A stretch of DNA of 64,000 nucleotides from a bacterium (lineage in GTDB: Bacteria; Patescibacteriota; Minisyncoccia; Minisyncoccales; CG1-02-41-26): positions 4,251-68,250 of the forward strand of contig JAUWWY010000001.1 of the NCBI GenBank assembly GCA_030616605.1, read 5' to 3'. Positions 43,074 to 53,055 of the stretch are shown here, one piece after another (within the stretch, counting starts at the first letter, position 1; each line of letters begins with the position of its first letter). Under the pieces are notes generated by a model that saw only the letters and a program-made list of their open reading frames with translations, was not told the origin of the DNA and made no database searches. The translations under genes and the position numbers were made by a program.

Positions 43074-43200
43074 ATAATTAAGAAAAAGGAAAAGATGGAA
43101 GAAGATTCTATAATTTAATACATTTTTTACAAGGACAAGCCTTCTTTTTAAATGCCGGGCTTAGCCCGGCATTTAGTTAATTTTTAAACCAGTTAAAACC

Positions 43201-43794
43201 ATGAAATTTATTCTTGGTAAAAAAATAGAAGCATCCCAGATTTTCAAGGATAGAAAAGTTATTCCTGTTACTTTGATTACTGCTGGACCTTGTTTTATTA
43301 CTCAAATAAAAATTGAAAAGAAAGATGGTTATGGGGCAGTCCAGATTGGGTTTGAGAAATTAAAGGAGAAGAAAGTAAAAAAACCAGAAAAAATAAAACC
43401 TTTCCGTTACTTAAGAGAATTTAAGAATCAAGTTAAGGATTACAAAGTGGGGGACAAGATTGATGTTTCAGTTTTTAAAGAGGGCGATAAGGTGAAAATT
43501 TCCGGAATTTCAAAAGGAAAAGGGTTTCAAGGGGGAGTTAAAAGATGGGGATTTAAAGGAAAAAATGCAACCCACGGAGTAAAACATGACCACCGGAAAT
43601 TAGGTTCAGTTGGTATTGCCGGCGTGGGAAAGGTATTTAAAGGGAAAAAGATGCCTGGTAGAATGGGGTCTCAAAGAATAACAGTTAAAAATTTAGAAGT
43701 AGTAAAAACTGACCCGGAAAATAACTTGATAGCTATTAAGGGAGCTGTACCGGGAAGAAGAGGAACACTGTTGGAAATTAAAAAAGAGAAGTGA
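43201..43794 (+). CDS. rplC: 50S ribosomal protein L3
   Basis: GISKGKGFQGGVKRWGF...GSVG...PGRMG. Confidence 0.95.
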   Translation: MKFILGKKIEASQIFKDRKVIPVTLITAGPCFITQIKIEKKDGYGAVQIGFEKLKEKKVKKPEKIKPFRYLREFKNQVKDYKVGDKIDVSVFKEGDKVKISGISKGKGFQGGVKRWGFKGKNATHGVKHDHRKLGSVGIAGVGKVFKGKKMPGRMGSQRITVKNLEVVKTDPENNLIAIKGAVPGRRGTLLEIKKEK

Positions 43795-43799
43795 AAATC

Positions 43800-44438
43800 A
43801 TGTTAATTGACACTTATAATCAAGAGGGTAAAAAAACAGGACAGACAAGATTAGTAAAAGAAATTTTTGGAGTTAAGATGAACCATGATTTAGTTCATCA
43901 GGTTATGGTTAGTCAGATGGCAAATCAAAGGCAGAGAATTGCTCATACAAAAATGAGGGGTGAAGTTCGAGGTGGAGGAAAAAAACCCTGGGTTCAGAAG
44001 GGAACAGGAAGAGCAAGGGCAGGAAGTATTCGTTCACCCATCTGGAAAGGCGGGGGAGTGACATTTGGTCCAAGAAAGGAGAAAAAATTTAAAAAAAGAA
44101 TACCCAAAAAAATGAAAAGAAAGGCTTTATTTATGGTTCTTTCCGAAAAAGCAAAAAATAACCTTTTTGTTTTGTTAAAAGAATTAGAAATTAAACAAGG
44201 AAAAACAAAAGAAATGGTAGATATTCTTTCTAAGCTTTCTAAAAAAGAAGAAAGGCTGAAAAGTGTTTTAATTGTTCTACCAAAACATGATAGAAAAATA
44301 ATATTAGCTGCAAGGAATATTCCAAAAGTTGAGACAATCCAAGCCAAAGATATTGATGTTTTAGGTTTATTATCATTTAAGTACTTATTAATACCAAAAG
44401 AATCATTAAAAGTGATAAAAGAAACCTTTTTAAGATAA
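43800..44438 (+). CDS. rplD: 50S ribosomal protein L4
   Basis: GGGKKPWVQKGTGRARAGSIRSPIWKGGGVTFGP. The ATG at 43800 (alternative GTG at 43791) overlaps the rplC stop. Confidence 0.95.
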   Translation: MLIDTYNQEGKKTGQTRLVKEIFGVKMNHDLVHQVMVSQMANQRQRIAHTKMRGEVRGGGKKPWVQKGTGRARAGSIRSPIWKGGGVTFGPRKEKKFKKRIPKKMKRKALFMVLSEKAKNNLFVLLKELEIKQGKTKEMVDILSKLSKKEERLKSVLIVLPKHDRKIILAARNIPKVETIQAKDIDVLGLLSFKYLLIPKESLKVIKETFLR

Positions 44439-44441
44439 CCT

Positions 44442-44912
44442 ATGCCAATATTAGATTTTTTCAAAAAAAAGAAGAAGCCAGTCAAAGAGCCGCTGGTTAA
44501 GAAAGAAAAACCCTTTGTTGATAAAGCTTTAGAGGGTAAGAAAGAGATAAAGAAAGAAGAAGAAAAAAAAGAAGAGAAAAAACCTTTAGATTTAGAAGTT
44601 GAAAAGAAAAAAACAAGACGAAAAAGGGTTCTTGTAGCTCCCAATGTTTTAAAATCGCCTCATATTGCCGAAAAATCGACCAAATTGGCGGAAATAAATC
44701 AATATGTGTTTAAAATTTATCCAAAAGCTAACAAAATAGAGATAAAGAAAGCGGTTGAAGAAATTTATGGAGTAGATGTTTTAAAAGTAAGGATAATTAA
44801 AGTGCCAAGAAAAAGAAGGAGATTGGGGCGGACAACTGGATGGAGAAAAGGATACAAAAAAGCAATTGTCAGAATAAAGGAGGATCAAAAAATAGATATA
44901 ATGCCAAGATAA
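44442..44912 (+). CDS. rplW: 50S ribosomal protein L23 with ~60-aa Lys/Glu-rich N-terminal extension
   Basis: The core is NVLKSPHIAEKS...YVFKIYPKANKIEIKKAVEEIYGV. The only in-frame Met is at 44442, directly after rplD. Confidence 0.9.
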   Translation: MPILDFFKKKKKPVKEPLVKKEKPFVDKALEGKKEIKKEEEKKEEKKPLDLEVEKKKTRRKRVLVAPNVLKSPHIAEKSTKLAEINQYVFKIYPKANKIEIKKAVEEIYGVDVLKVRIIKVPRKRRRLGRTTGWRKGYKKAIVRIKEDQKIDIMPR

Positions 44913-44916
44913 AATC

Positions 44917-45696
44917 ATGGAAAAAATATTAAGTAAAAAGAAACCGGAAAAAAGCTTGCTAAGGCCGTTGAAGAAGACAGGTGGTAGAGGAAACACTGGA
45001 AGGATTACTGTACGTCATAAAGGAGGAGGGGCAAAGCGACTTTATCGAATAATAGGGTTTAGAGGGAATCTTCCTCTTCGTGCTAAAGTTGAGAGCATAG
45101 AATATGACCCAAATAGAACTTGCTATATTGCTTTGGTTACTTCTGAAGATGGAAAAAAATCTTATATTTTAGCTCCCCAGGAATTAAAGGTTAGTGATGA
45201 AGTAGTTTTTGACAATAAAGCCCCGCTCTCTCCGGGTAATAGAATGCAGTTGAAAAATATTCTAATAGGAACCTTTGTTTATGATATTGAAATTGAACCT
45301 CATAAAGGAGGCAAAATTGCCAGAGCGGCCGGGAGTTCTTGTCAAGTTTTAGCTCAAGAAGGAAAATACACTGATTTAAAAATGCCTTCAACTGAAATAA
45401 AAAAAGTTTTAAACCGATGTTTTGCCTCTATTGGCAGACTCTCTAATCCTCAGCATCGGTTTCAGAAACTTGGAAAAGCCGGCAGAGCTCGTTGGAAAGG
45501 AATAAGACCAACTGTCAGAGGTTCGGCAATGGTACCTGCAGCTCATCCCCATGGCGGAGGTGAAGGTAAAGCACCGATTGGTATGAAATACCCAAAAACT
45601 CCTTGGGGAAAACCAGCTCTGGGAGTTAAAACAAGAAAGAAGAAGAAGTGGACAAATAAACTAATAGTTAAAAGACGTAAAAAGAAAAAGAAATAA
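44917..45696 (+). CDS. rplB: 50S ribosomal protein L2
   Basis: [14 protein letters not shown]...[17 protein letters not shown]. Confidence 0.95.
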   Translation: MEKILSKKKPEKSLLRPLKKTGGRGNTGRITVRHKGGGAKRLYRIIGFRGNLPLRAKVESIEYDPNRTCYIALVTSEDGKKSYILAPQELKVSDEVVFDNKAPLSPGNRMQLKNILIGTFVYDIEIEPHKGGKIARAAGSSCQVLAQEGKYTDLKMPSTEIKKVLNRCFASIGRLSNPQHRFQKLGKAGRARWKGIRPTVRGSAMVPAAHPHGGGEGKAPIGMKYPKTPWGKPALGVKTRKKKKWTNKLIVKRRKKKKK

Positions 45697-45700
45697 AAAC

Positions 45701-46009
45701 ATGTCAAGAAGTTTAAAAAAAGGTCCATATATAGACGAAAAATTAATAAAGAAAATCTCCAAATTTAAAAAAGGGGAAAAGACAGTGATTAAAACCTGGT
45801 CCAGAAATTCAACCATTAGTCCGGAAATGATTGGGTTTACTTTTGGCGTCCATAATGGAAAAGAGCATATCCCGGTTTATATAACTGAGGAGATGGTCGG
45901 GCATAAATTAGGTGAGTTTTCTCCAACCACTAAATTTGTCAGACATGGCGGTAAGATACAAAAAGGATTGGAAGTAAAAGTAAGAAAAATAGAAACAGAG
46001 AAAAAATAG
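45701..46009 (+). CDS. rpsS: 30S ribosomal protein S19
   Basis: [12 protein letters not shown]...[17 protein letters not shown]. Confidence 0.95.
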   Translation: MSRSLKKGPYIDEKLIKKISKFKKGEKTVIKTWSRNSTISPEMIGFTFGVHNGKEHIPVYITEEMVGHKLGEFSPTTKFVRHGGKIQKGLEVKVRKIETEKK

Positions 46010-46016
46010 TTAATTT

Positions 46017-46523
46017 ATGGAAGTTATAGCTAAACTAAAATATTTAAGGATTGCTCCCAGAAAAGTGCGACTTGTGGCTGACTTAATTCGCGGAAAAAAA
46101 ATAAAGGAAGCCCAAATGCTTTTAGATTTTAGCCAAAAAAAAGCAACAAGACCATTAAGAAAACTTTTGGATTCAGCAGTAGCCAATGCCAAAAATAATC
46201 TCAAATTGGAAGAAAAAGACCTTTACATTTTAAAAATTGCTGTTGATGAAGGACCAAAACTTAAAAGATGGAGACCGAGAGCAAGAGGTAGAGCAACTGA
46301 AATCCAAAAGAAATCTTCCCACATTACTTTGGTTCTTAAAGGCAAGAAAAAGAAAATGGTTAAAGAAAAAGTTCCTAAAGCTAAACCAGAAGAAAAATCA
46401 GAAAGACCTGAAAAGAAATTAAGAACCAAAACAAAAATTCCGAGATTAAAAAAAGAAAAGAGAATCAAGCTAAAACTAAAAAAGAAAGATTTAAAAGGTA
46501 TTTTTAAAAAGCAGGCCCGCTAA
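46017..46523 (+). CDS. rplV: 50S ribosomal protein L22 with ~55-aa Lys-rich C-terminal extension
   Basis: AKLKYLRIAPRKVRLVADLIRGK...RWRPRARGRA, followed by a KKK-rich tail. Confidence 0.93.
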   Translation: MEVIAKLKYLRIAPRKVRLVADLIRGKKIKEAQMLLDFSQKKATRPLRKLLDSAVANAKNNLKLEEKDLYILKIAVDEGPKLKRWRPRARGRATEIQKKSSHITLVLKGKKKKMVKEKVPKAKPEEKSERPEKKLRTKTKIPRLKKEKRIKLKLKKKDLKGIFKKQAR

Positions 46524-46534
46524 TAATTTCAAAT

Positions 46535-47188
46535 ATGTCTCACAAAGTTCACCCTAAAATTTTTAAAATAACTGAAACAAAGGACTGGTTGTCCCGAGGT
46601 TTTTACAAAAAGAATCATTCTCAATATTTAGAAGAAGATTTTAAAATTAGAAAATTTTTAAACAAAGAATTAGAGCGGGCGAGTATTGAAAATATTGAGA
46701 TTGAAAGAAGAGGAAGTTCATTAAAAATAATTATTAAAACCGGAAGACCGGCTTTAATAATTGGTAGAGGAGGAGAAAGGGTTGAGAAATTAAAAAAGAG
46801 TATAGATAAAATTTTTAGTAATGGGAAAAAAGAAGTATCAAAAGAAGATGTAAAAATAGAGATAGTTTCTATTAAAAATACCTGGAGTTCAGCGACCTTA
46901 GCCAGTCAATGGATAGCTTTTCAGCTTGAAAAAAGAGTGCCTTTTCGGCGAACTTTAAAAATGGCTTTAAGTAAAATTATGACTTCAAAAGAAATTAAGG
47001 GAGCGAGAGTTCAGGCTTCTGGAAGATTAAATGGAGTTGCTTTTGCCAGAACTGAATGGTTGCAGGAAGGACAATTGCCGAGACAAAAATTAAGGGCTAT
47101 AATTGACTACGGTTTCAGCCAGGCTTATTGTAGTTACGGAGTAATAGGAGTAAAAGTCTGGATATATAAAGGAGAAAAATCTGAATAA
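46535..47188 (+). CDS. rpsC: 30S ribosomal protein S3
   Basis: SHKVHPKIFKI...KH domain IIGRGGE...GVIGVKVWIY. Confidence 0.95.
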   Translation: MSHKVHPKIFKITETKDWLSRGFYKKNHSQYLEEDFKIRKFLNKELERASIENIEIERRGSSLKIIIKTGRPALIIGRGGERVEKLKKSIDKIFSNGKKEVSKEDVKIEIVSIKNTWSSATLASQWIAFQLEKRVPFRRTLKMALSKIMTSKEIKGARVQASGRLNGVAFARTEWLQEGQLPRQKLRAIIDYGFSQAYCSYGVIGVKVWIYKGEKSE

Positions 47189-47191
47189 ATT

Positions 47192-47602
47192 ATGTATTTA
47201 CAACCTAAAAAAATGAAACACCGAAAGTGGCATAAGGGACGTTCCAAGGGAATTGAGACCAGAGGAACTGAAATTTGTTTTGGCAAATTTGGCTTAAAAT
47301 CCATGGGAAGCAAATGGATTAAAGCTTCTCAAATTGAGGCTTCCAGAAGAGCCATTATCAGAACTTTAAAGAAAAAAGGACAACTTTGGATTAGGATTTT
47401 TCCCTACAAACCCATGACTTTTAAAGGAACAGAAGTTTCAATGGGTGGCGGAAAGGGAAGTGTTGATCATTATGTTTTTCCTGTTAAACCTGGCCGAATT
47501 ATTTTTGAATTAGATGGCGTAAGAGAAGATTTAGCCAAAGAGGCATTTCGTAAGGCAAGCGACAAACTACCGGTTAAGACAAAATTTATAAAAAGAGTAT
47601 AA
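47192..47602 (+). CDS. rplP: 50S ribosomal protein L16
   Basis: LQPKKMKHRKWHKGR...RIFPYKPMT. Confidence 0.95.
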   Translation: MYLQPKKMKHRKWHKGRSKGIETRGTEICFGKFGLKSMGSKWIKASQIEASRRAIIRTLKKKGQLWIRIFPYKPMTFKGTEVSMGGGKGSVDHYVFPVKPGRIIFELDGVREDLAKEAFRKASDKLPVKTKFIKRV

Positions 47603-47606
47603 TCTC

Positions 47607-47801
47607 ATGAAGAAAAAAGATAAAATTAGAGATTTTGGAAAGATGAATAAAAAAGAACTTCTTAGGATTTTAAATGATTATCGAGAAAAATTACGTCAGC
47701 TTAGATTTGACCTTGTTGCCGGCAAGGTCAAGAATGTAAGAGAAATTATAGAAATAAAAAAAGATATTGCCAGAGTTCTTACTTTATTAAAAGAAAGATA
47801 A
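47607..47801 (+). CDS. rpmC: 50S ribosomal protein L29
   Basis: Size and position fit, and it contains ELLRILNDYREKLRQLRF. Confidence 0.9.
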   Translation: MKKKDKIRDFGKMNKKELLRILNDYREKLRQLRFDLVAGKVKNVREIIEIKKDIARVLTLLKER

Positions 47802-47810
47802 TTTAAAATT

Positions 47811-48044
47811 ATGCCTAAAAGAAAATTAATCGGAACAATAGTATCAGATAAAAGTCAAAAAACAGTAGTGGTAAAAGTTGAAAGAATTAAGGAACATCCT
47901 AAGTATAAAAAGAGATACAAGGTCTTTAAGAAATACAAAGCTCATAATGAAAAAGGAGACTATAAAGTAGGTGACAAGGTTGTGATTGAGGAGTGCCGGC
48001 CGATAAGTAAGGATAAAAAGTGGCGGCTAATAAAAAAAGTGTAA
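47811..48044 (+). CDS. rpsQ: 30S ribosomal protein S17
   Basis: GTIVSDKSQKTVVVKVER...HPKYKKR. Confidence 0.95.
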   Translation: MPKRKLIGTIVSDKSQKTVVVKVERIKEHPKYKKRYKVFKKYKAHNEKGDYKVGDKVVIEECRPISKDKKWRLIKKV

Positions 48045-48072
48045 AGCGTAAAGTGCAAAGTGTAAAACTTTT

Positions 48073-48441
48073 ATGATTCAATCAGGGACAAAATTAAAAG
48101 TAGCAGATAATAGCGGAGCCAAAATGGTTAAGGCTTTTACTATTCTTGGAGGGACAAGAAAGCGTTTTGCTAGAATAGGAGACGTTGTAGTTGGTTCTGT
48201 AAAAGAAGCTGAACCAAGAAAAGATGTAAAACTGCATGATATAGTTAAAGCAGTGATTGTCAGACAAAAGCAACCATACAGGAGAAAAGACGGTTCTTAT
48301 ATCAAATTTGACGAAAATGCCTGTTGTATTCTGGGTGATCGTAAAACTCCAAAGGGAAATAGAATTTTAGGTCCGATCCCCAGAGAATTAAAAGAAAAGG
48401 GCTTTGAAAAAATAGTGACTTTGGCAAAAAAAGTCGTATGA
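48073..48441 (+). CDS. rplN: 50S ribosomal protein L14
   Basis: MIQSGTKLKVADNSGAK. Confidence 0.97.
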   Translation: MIQSGTKLKVADNSGAKMVKAFTILGGTRKRFARIGDVVVGSVKEAEPRKDVKLHDIVKAVIVRQKQPYRRKDGSYIKFDENACCILGDRKTPKGNRILGPIPRELKEKGFEKIVTLAKKVV

Positions 48442-48743
48442 AGATTAAAAAAGGAGATCAAGTACTAATAGTCAAAGGCAAAGACAAAGGGAAAAAAGGA
48501 AAAGTTCTTAAGGGTTTTCCAAAAGAATTAAAAGTTTTGGTTGAAGGAATAAATATTAAAAAGAGGCATCGAAGACCCAAAAAACAAGGAGAAAAGGGCC
48601 AGGTTGTTGAGATTTTCCTTCCTTTGTTTATTTCTAATCTAAAATTAATTTGTCCCAAATGTGGAAAGCCGAGTAAGGTGGGATATAAAATAAGTGATAA
48701 AAAGAAATACCGGATTTGCAAAAACTGTGGAGAGGAAATTTAA
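48438..48743 (+). CDS. rplX: 50S ribosomal protein L24 (with C-terminal CxxC...CxxC)
   Basis: KOW motif KIKKGDQVLIVKGKDKGKKGKV; the C-terminus reads CPKCGKPSKVGYK...RICKNCG. Confidence 0.93.
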   Translation: MKIKKGDQVLIVKGKDKGKKGKVLKGFPKELKVLVEGINIKKRHRRPKKQGEKGQVVEIFLPLFISNLKLICPKCGKPSKVGYKISDKKKYRICKNCGEEI

Positions 48744-48754
48744 AAATTAATAAC

Positions 48755-49312
48755 ATGCTTCATTTAAAAGACAAATACAAAAAAGAAATTATTCCTGAAA
48801 TGATGAAGAAATTTGGTTACAAAAATCCAATGGCTGTACCCAAAATAGAAAAAGTAGTGGTAAATTGCGGTTTTGGAAGGATGGTTGACGGGAAAACTTC
48901 TTCAGAAAGAAAGAAAATTATTGAAAATATTTCTAAAACATTATCTTTAATTATTGGTCAAAAACCCGGTTTAACTAAAGCCAAAAAATCAATTTCTTCT
49001 TTTCAATTAAGAAAAGGAATGCCTATTGGTGCCCGGATTACTTTGAGAAAAAATAGAATGAATGATTTCTTGGAAAAATTAATTTGGGTTGTATTGCCCA
49101 GAACGCGAGACTTTAAAGGAGTTTCCTTAAAGTCAATTGATAAAGAAGGAAATTTAACCATTAGTTTTAAAGAATACAGTTCCTTTCCAGAAGTACTGCC
49201 AGAAAAAGAAAAAGGAATATTTGGCTTAGAAGTAACAATAGTAACTACAGCAGATAATCAAGAACAAAGTTTAGAGTTATTGAAATTAATTGGTTTCCCT
49301 TTTAAAAAATAA
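48755..49312 (+). CDS. rplE: 50S ribosomal protein L5
   Basis: [35 protein letters not shown] prefer the ATG at 48755, after the rplX stop. Confidence 0.95.
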   Translation: MLHLKDKYKKEIIPEMMKKFGYKNPMAVPKIEKVVVNCGFGRMVDGKTSSERKKIIENISKTLSLIIGQKPGLTKAKKSISSFQLRKGMPIGARITLRKNRMNDFLEKLIWVVLPRTRDFKGVSLKSIDKEGNLTISFKEYSSFPEVLPEKEKGIFGLEVTIVTTADNQEQSLELLKLIGFPFKK

Positions 49313-49316
49313 AATT

Positions 49317-49502
49317 ATGGCAAAAAAGTCCCAAGTTGTAAAATCCCAAAAAAAGCCCAAATTCAAAACTCGACTTGTTCGAAGGTGCTTTAGATGTGGT
49401 AGAAGCAGGGGATATATGAGAAAATTTGGATTATGTAGAATCTGTTTTAGAGAATCAGCAAATCGGGGAGAGATTCCCGGAGTAAAGAAATCATCGTGGT
49501 AA
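49317..49502 (+). CDS. rpsN: 30S ribosomal protein S14, short zinc-binding (type Z) form
   Basis: This 61-aa protein has [20 protein letters not shown] and ends in W. Confidence 0.93.
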   Translation: MAKKSQVVKSQKKPKFKTRLVRRCFRCGRSRGYMRKFGLCRICFRESANRGEIPGVKKSSW

Positions 49503-49506
49503 AATT

Positions 49507-49899
49507 ATGACAGACCCCATATCAGACATGTTAACCAGAATAAGAAATGCTCAAGCTGTTCATCAACAGACAGTAGAGATTCCCTTTTCAAATTTAAAGC
49601 TTAAAATAGCTCAGATTTTGGTAAAAGAAAATTTTATTAAGGAACTTAAAAAGGTAAAAAGAGAAAATCAAAAAGTAATAAGAATTTATCTGAAGTATAC
49701 CCCTGATAAGCTCCCGGCTATTTCCGGCTTGAAACGTATTTCCAAATCAGGACAAAGGATTTATAAAAAAGCAAAAGAAATAAAAAGAGTTAGAAGTGGT
49801 TATGGAATTGCAGTAATTTCAACCTCCAAAGGAATTATGACTAATAAAGAAGCAAGAAAGAAAAAGTTGGGGGGTGAGATAATCTGTGAGGTATGGTAA
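49507..49899 (+). CDS. rpsH: 30S ribosomal protein S8
   Basis: MTDPISDMLTRIRNA. Confidence 0.97.
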   Translation: MTDPISDMLTRIRNAQAVHQQTVEIPFSNLKLKIAQILVKENFIKELKKVKRENQKVIRIYLKYTPDKLPAISGLKRISKSGQRIYKKAKEIKRVRSGYGIAVISTSKGIMTNKEARKKKLGGEIICEVW

Positions 49900-49905
49900 A
49901 AAATT

Positions 49906-50454
49906 ATGTCAAGAATAGGCAAAAAACCAATAATAATTCCTGAAAAAGTAGAAGTTGAGAAAAAAGATAATGAGGTAACAATAAAGGGTCCCAAAGGAGA
50001 GATTTCTCAAGTCTTTCCCCGAGAGATTTCTTTTAAAAAAGAAGATAATAAAATTTTAGTTTTTCCAAAAAAGAAAACAAGAAAGAGTGCTGCTCTTTGG
50101 GGATTAATGAGAGCCCTTTTGCAAAATAACATAACAGGAGTGACTGAAGGGTTTGAAAAAAAACTTGAATTAAAAGGAATAGGTTATCGGGTTTCCCTTG
50201 AAAAAGAAAAGCTTTTGAAATTGGAAGTTGGTTTTTCTCATTCAGTAGAAGTAGAAATTCCTTTTCAATTAGATGTTTCAGTTGAGAAAAACATAATTAC
50301 TATCTCTGGAATTGATAAACAAAAGGTTGGAGAGTTTGCTGCAAAAATTAGGAAAATCCGACCACCTGAACCCTATAAAGGTAAAGGAATCAGATATTTT
50401 GGAGAAAAGGTAAGAAGAAAAGAAGGCAAAAAAGCCGTAACAACCACAACCTAA
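49906..50454 (+). CDS. rplF: 50S ribosomal protein L6
   Basis: [15 protein letters not shown]...[11 protein letters not shown]. Confidence 0.95.
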   Translation: MSRIGKKPIIIPEKVEVEKKDNEVTIKGPKGEISQVFPREISFKKEDNKILVFPKKKTRKSAALWGLMRALLQNNITGVTEGFEKKLELKGIGYRVSLEKEKLLKLEVGFSHSVEVEIPFQLDVSVEKNIITISGIDKQKVGEFAAKIRKIRPPEPYKGKGIRYFGEKVRRKEGKKAVTTTT

Positions 50455-50458
50455 AATT

Positions 50459-50848
50459 ATGTTAGAAAAAGAAAAAAAAAGAAAAAGACGACACAAAAAG
50501 GTGAGAGCTAAGATTAAAGGAACAAGTAAGGTGCCTCGGCTTTGCGTATTTAGGTCCAGTAAACACATTTATGCCCAGTTGATTGATGATGAAAAAGGAA
50601 AGATAATACTTTCAGCAAAAGATACTGAAATAAAATCAAAAAAACAAATTAAAAGCAAAAAACAAGAAAAAGATAAAATTATTAGAACAGGAAAGGTAGC
50701 AAAAGCTTTTGAACTCGGAAAATTGATTGCCAGTAAAGCTCTTGTAAAAAAAGTTAAAAAAGTCGTTTTCGACAGAAGAGGTCATAAATACCATGGCAGA
50801 GTCAAGGCATTAGCAGAGGGAGCAAGAGAAGAAGGACTAAAATTTTAA
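50459..50848 (+). CDS. rplR: 50S ribosomal protein L18
   Basis: [34 protein letters not shown]...[26 protein letters not shown]. Confidence 0.95.
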   Translation: MLEKEKKRKRRHKKVRAKIKGTSKVPRLCVFRSSKHIYAQLIDDEKGKIILSAKDTEIKSKKQIKSKKQEKDKIIRTGKVAKAFELGKLIASKALVKKVKKVVFDRRGHKYHGRVKALAEGAREEGLKF

Positions 50849-50849
50849 T

Positions 50850-51347
50850 ATGATAAAACCAATAGAACAAGCTAAACCAAAAAAGGAATTTGAATCTAAG
50901 TTTTTAGATTTAGCTCGGGTGACGAGGATAACGGCTGGGGGAAAACAGTTGAGGTTTCGAGCAGTTGTTGTCATTGGCAATAAAGCTGGAAAAGTTGGTG
51001 TCGGAGTTTCTAAGGGAAAAGATGTAGCTCAGGCAATAGAAAAAGCTACCAGAGTAGCCAAGAAAAATTTAATAGAAATTCCCTTTATTAAAGAGACTAT
51101 TCCTCATGAAGTCAAAGCAAAATTTGGACCGGCTCGAGTTTTGTTAAGACCTCAAATGAAGGGAAGAGGTTTGGTAGCTGGAGGAGTTGTCAGGGTGATT
51201 TGTGATTTAGCAGGAATAAAAAATATTTCCTCTAAGCTTTTGTCTAGGTCAAGAAATAAGCTTAATATAGCCCGAGCAACAATAAAAGCCCTTAAAGAAT
51301 TAAAAGTTGAAAAAAAAGAACATGCAAGTTCATCAAATAAAACCTAA
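50850..51347 (+). CDS. rpsE: 30S ribosomal protein S5
   Basis: VTRITAGGKQLRFRAVVVIGNKAGKVGVGVSKGKDV. Confidence 0.95.
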   Translation: MIKPIEQAKPKKEFESKFLDLARVTRITAGGKQLRFRAVVVIGNKAGKVGVGVSKGKDVAQAIEKATRVAKKNLIEIPFIKETIPHEVKAKFGPARVLLRPQMKGRGLVAGGVVRVICDLAGIKNISSKLLSRSRNKLNIARATIKALKELKVEKKEHASSSNKT

Positions 51348-51762
51348 ACATAAGAGAAAATCAAAAAAGAGGATTGGTCGAGGAGGAAAGAGGGGAACTT
51401 ACTCTGGAAAAGGAATTAAGGGACAGAAGTCAAGGGCAGGCAAAAAAATGGAACCGATAATTCGAGGGTTAATAAAAAAATATCCCAAACTGAAAGGTAT
51501 TACTCCTGCAATTCAAAAAAGCAGAAAAAAAATTGAGACAGTAATTAATCTTTCTCTTCTTGAGAAAAAATTTGAATCAGGAGAAAAAATTACTCCCCAG
51601 ATTTTGCTTAAAAAGAAAATAATGCGTAAAATAAAAGGTAGGGTACCAGGGGTTAAAATTTTAGCTGAAGGAGAACTGACTAAAAAACTGATTATTGAGG
51701 ATTGTCAGGTGTCTAAAGGTGCAAGGGATAAAATTGAGAAGGCAGGCGGCACAATTAAATAA
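51322..51762 (+). CDS. rplO: 50S ribosomal protein L15 (directly follows S5; no L30 gene)
   Basis: IGRGGKRGTYSGKGIKGQKSRAG. It overlaps the rpsE 3' end, leaving no room for rpmD. Confidence 0.93.
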   Translation: MQVHQIKPKHKRKSKKRIGRGGKRGTYSGKGIKGQKSRAGKKMEPIIRGLIKKYPKLKGITPAIQKSRKKIETVINLSLLEKKFESGEKITPQILLKKKIMRKIKGRVPGVKILAEGELTKKLIIEDCQVSKGARDKIEKAGGTIK

Positions 51763-51771
51763 AATTATTTT

Positions 51772-53055
51772 ATGAACTGGTTTAATAAACTTATCTTAAT
51801 CTTTAAAGACCGACAGTTGAGGAATAAGATTCTTTTTGTTCTTATTATTTTTGCTATTTTCCGATTAGCAGCCAATATTCCAATTCCTGGAGTTGATATA
51901 GAAAACCTAAAAAGATTTTTTTCTGAAAATCAATTTTTCGGTCTGGTAAATCTTTTTGTCGGAGGAGCTTTAAGTAATTTTTCCATTGTTATGTTAGGTT
52001 TGGGTCCCTATATTACGTCTGTTATTGTTTTGCAGCTTTTGACAATGGTTTTCCCTAAATTTGAGAAGATGTATAAGGAAGGGGGAGAAGAGGGCAAAAG
52101 AAAGTTTAATCAATATGGAAGAATGTTAACTGTTCCCTTAGCCGCTCTTCAAGCTTTTGCAATGTTGACGTTATTACAGCGTCAGGGAGCTATTTCTCTT
52201 CTTACTAGTAGTCAACTTCTTACCTCTATTATTACTATTACCGCTGGTGCTTTATTTTTAATGTGGTTGGGGGAATTAATTTCAGAAAAAGGAATTGGCA
52301 ATGGAGTTTCTCTTATGATATTTGCTGGAATTGTTGCTCATACTCCTACTGAACTCAGTCAACTTTTTTTAACTTGGGACCCTTCACGTTTACCTTCTTA
52401 TATTTTCTTTTTCGCCATAGCTTTATTCATAATCTTCGGTATTGTTTTTATTACAGAGGCAAGAAGAAATATTCCAGTTTCCTATGCTAAGAGAGTTAGG
52501 GGTAAAAGAGTTTATGGTGGAGTTTCAACCTATCTTCCAATTAATGTAAATCCAGCCGGTGTAATTCCAATTATTTTTGCTTTAGCTTTATTGCTTTTTC
52601 CAGGGATGGTGGCAAATTTCTTTGCAGGTAGCGGAAATGCTTTCGTGGCAAATTTTGCTCAAACTGTCAGCCAGTTTTTCCAGAATCCCTGGATTTATGG
52701 TTTTTTGTTTTTCATTTTAGTTTTTCTTTTCACTTATTTTTATACGGCTGTCACTTTTGACCCCAAGGCAATTTCCACTAATCTTCAGAAAATGGGCGGT
52801 TTTGTGCCTGGTCTTCGACCCGGTGATTCAACTGCTAAATTTTTACACAAAATTTTATATAGAATTCTTTTTATCGGGGCGACGTTTTTGGGAACGGTAG
52901 CAATTTTACCCTCTATTGTTCAGGGAATAACCCAGGTTACGGCTTTTCGCTTTCTAATTGGTGGAACCGCCCTTTTAATTGTGGTAAGCGTTATTTTGGA
53001 TATTTGGCGTCAGATAAGAGCCCAAATGGAAATGAGAGAATACGAAAACTTATAA
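51772..53055 (+). CDS. secY: Preprotein translocase subunit SecY
   Basis: It has 10 TM helices, LGLGPYITSVIVLQLL and GELISEKGIGNGVSL. Confidence 0.97.
   Translation: MNWFNKLILIFKDRQLRNKILFVLIIFAIFRLAANIPIPGVDIENLKRFFSENQFFGLVNLFVGGALSNFSIVMLGLGPYITSVIVLQLLTMVFPKFEKMYKEGGEEGKRKFNQYGRMLTVPLAALQAFAMLTLLQRQGAISLLTSSQLLTSIITITAGALFLMWLGELISEKGIGNGVSLMIFAGIVAHTPTELSQLFLTWDPSRLPSYIFFFAIALFIIFGIVFITEARRNIPVSYAKRVRGKRVYGGVSTYLPINVNPAGVIPIIFALALLLFPGMVANFFAGSGNAFVANFAQTVSQFFQNPWIYGFLFFILVFLFTYFYTAVTFDPKAISTNLQKMGGFVPGLRPGDSTAKFLHKILYRILFIGATFLGTVAILPSIVQGITQVTAFRFLIGGTALLIVVSVILDIWRQIRAQMEMREYENL

Noticed and set aside
43994-44644. 216-aa ORF on the minus strand across rplD/rplW
   Set aside because: It is antisense to two well-recognised ribosomal protein genes. 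Its sequence is low-complexity Phe/Ser-rich, the mirror image of Lys/Glu-rich coding DNA, so it is a shadow ORF.
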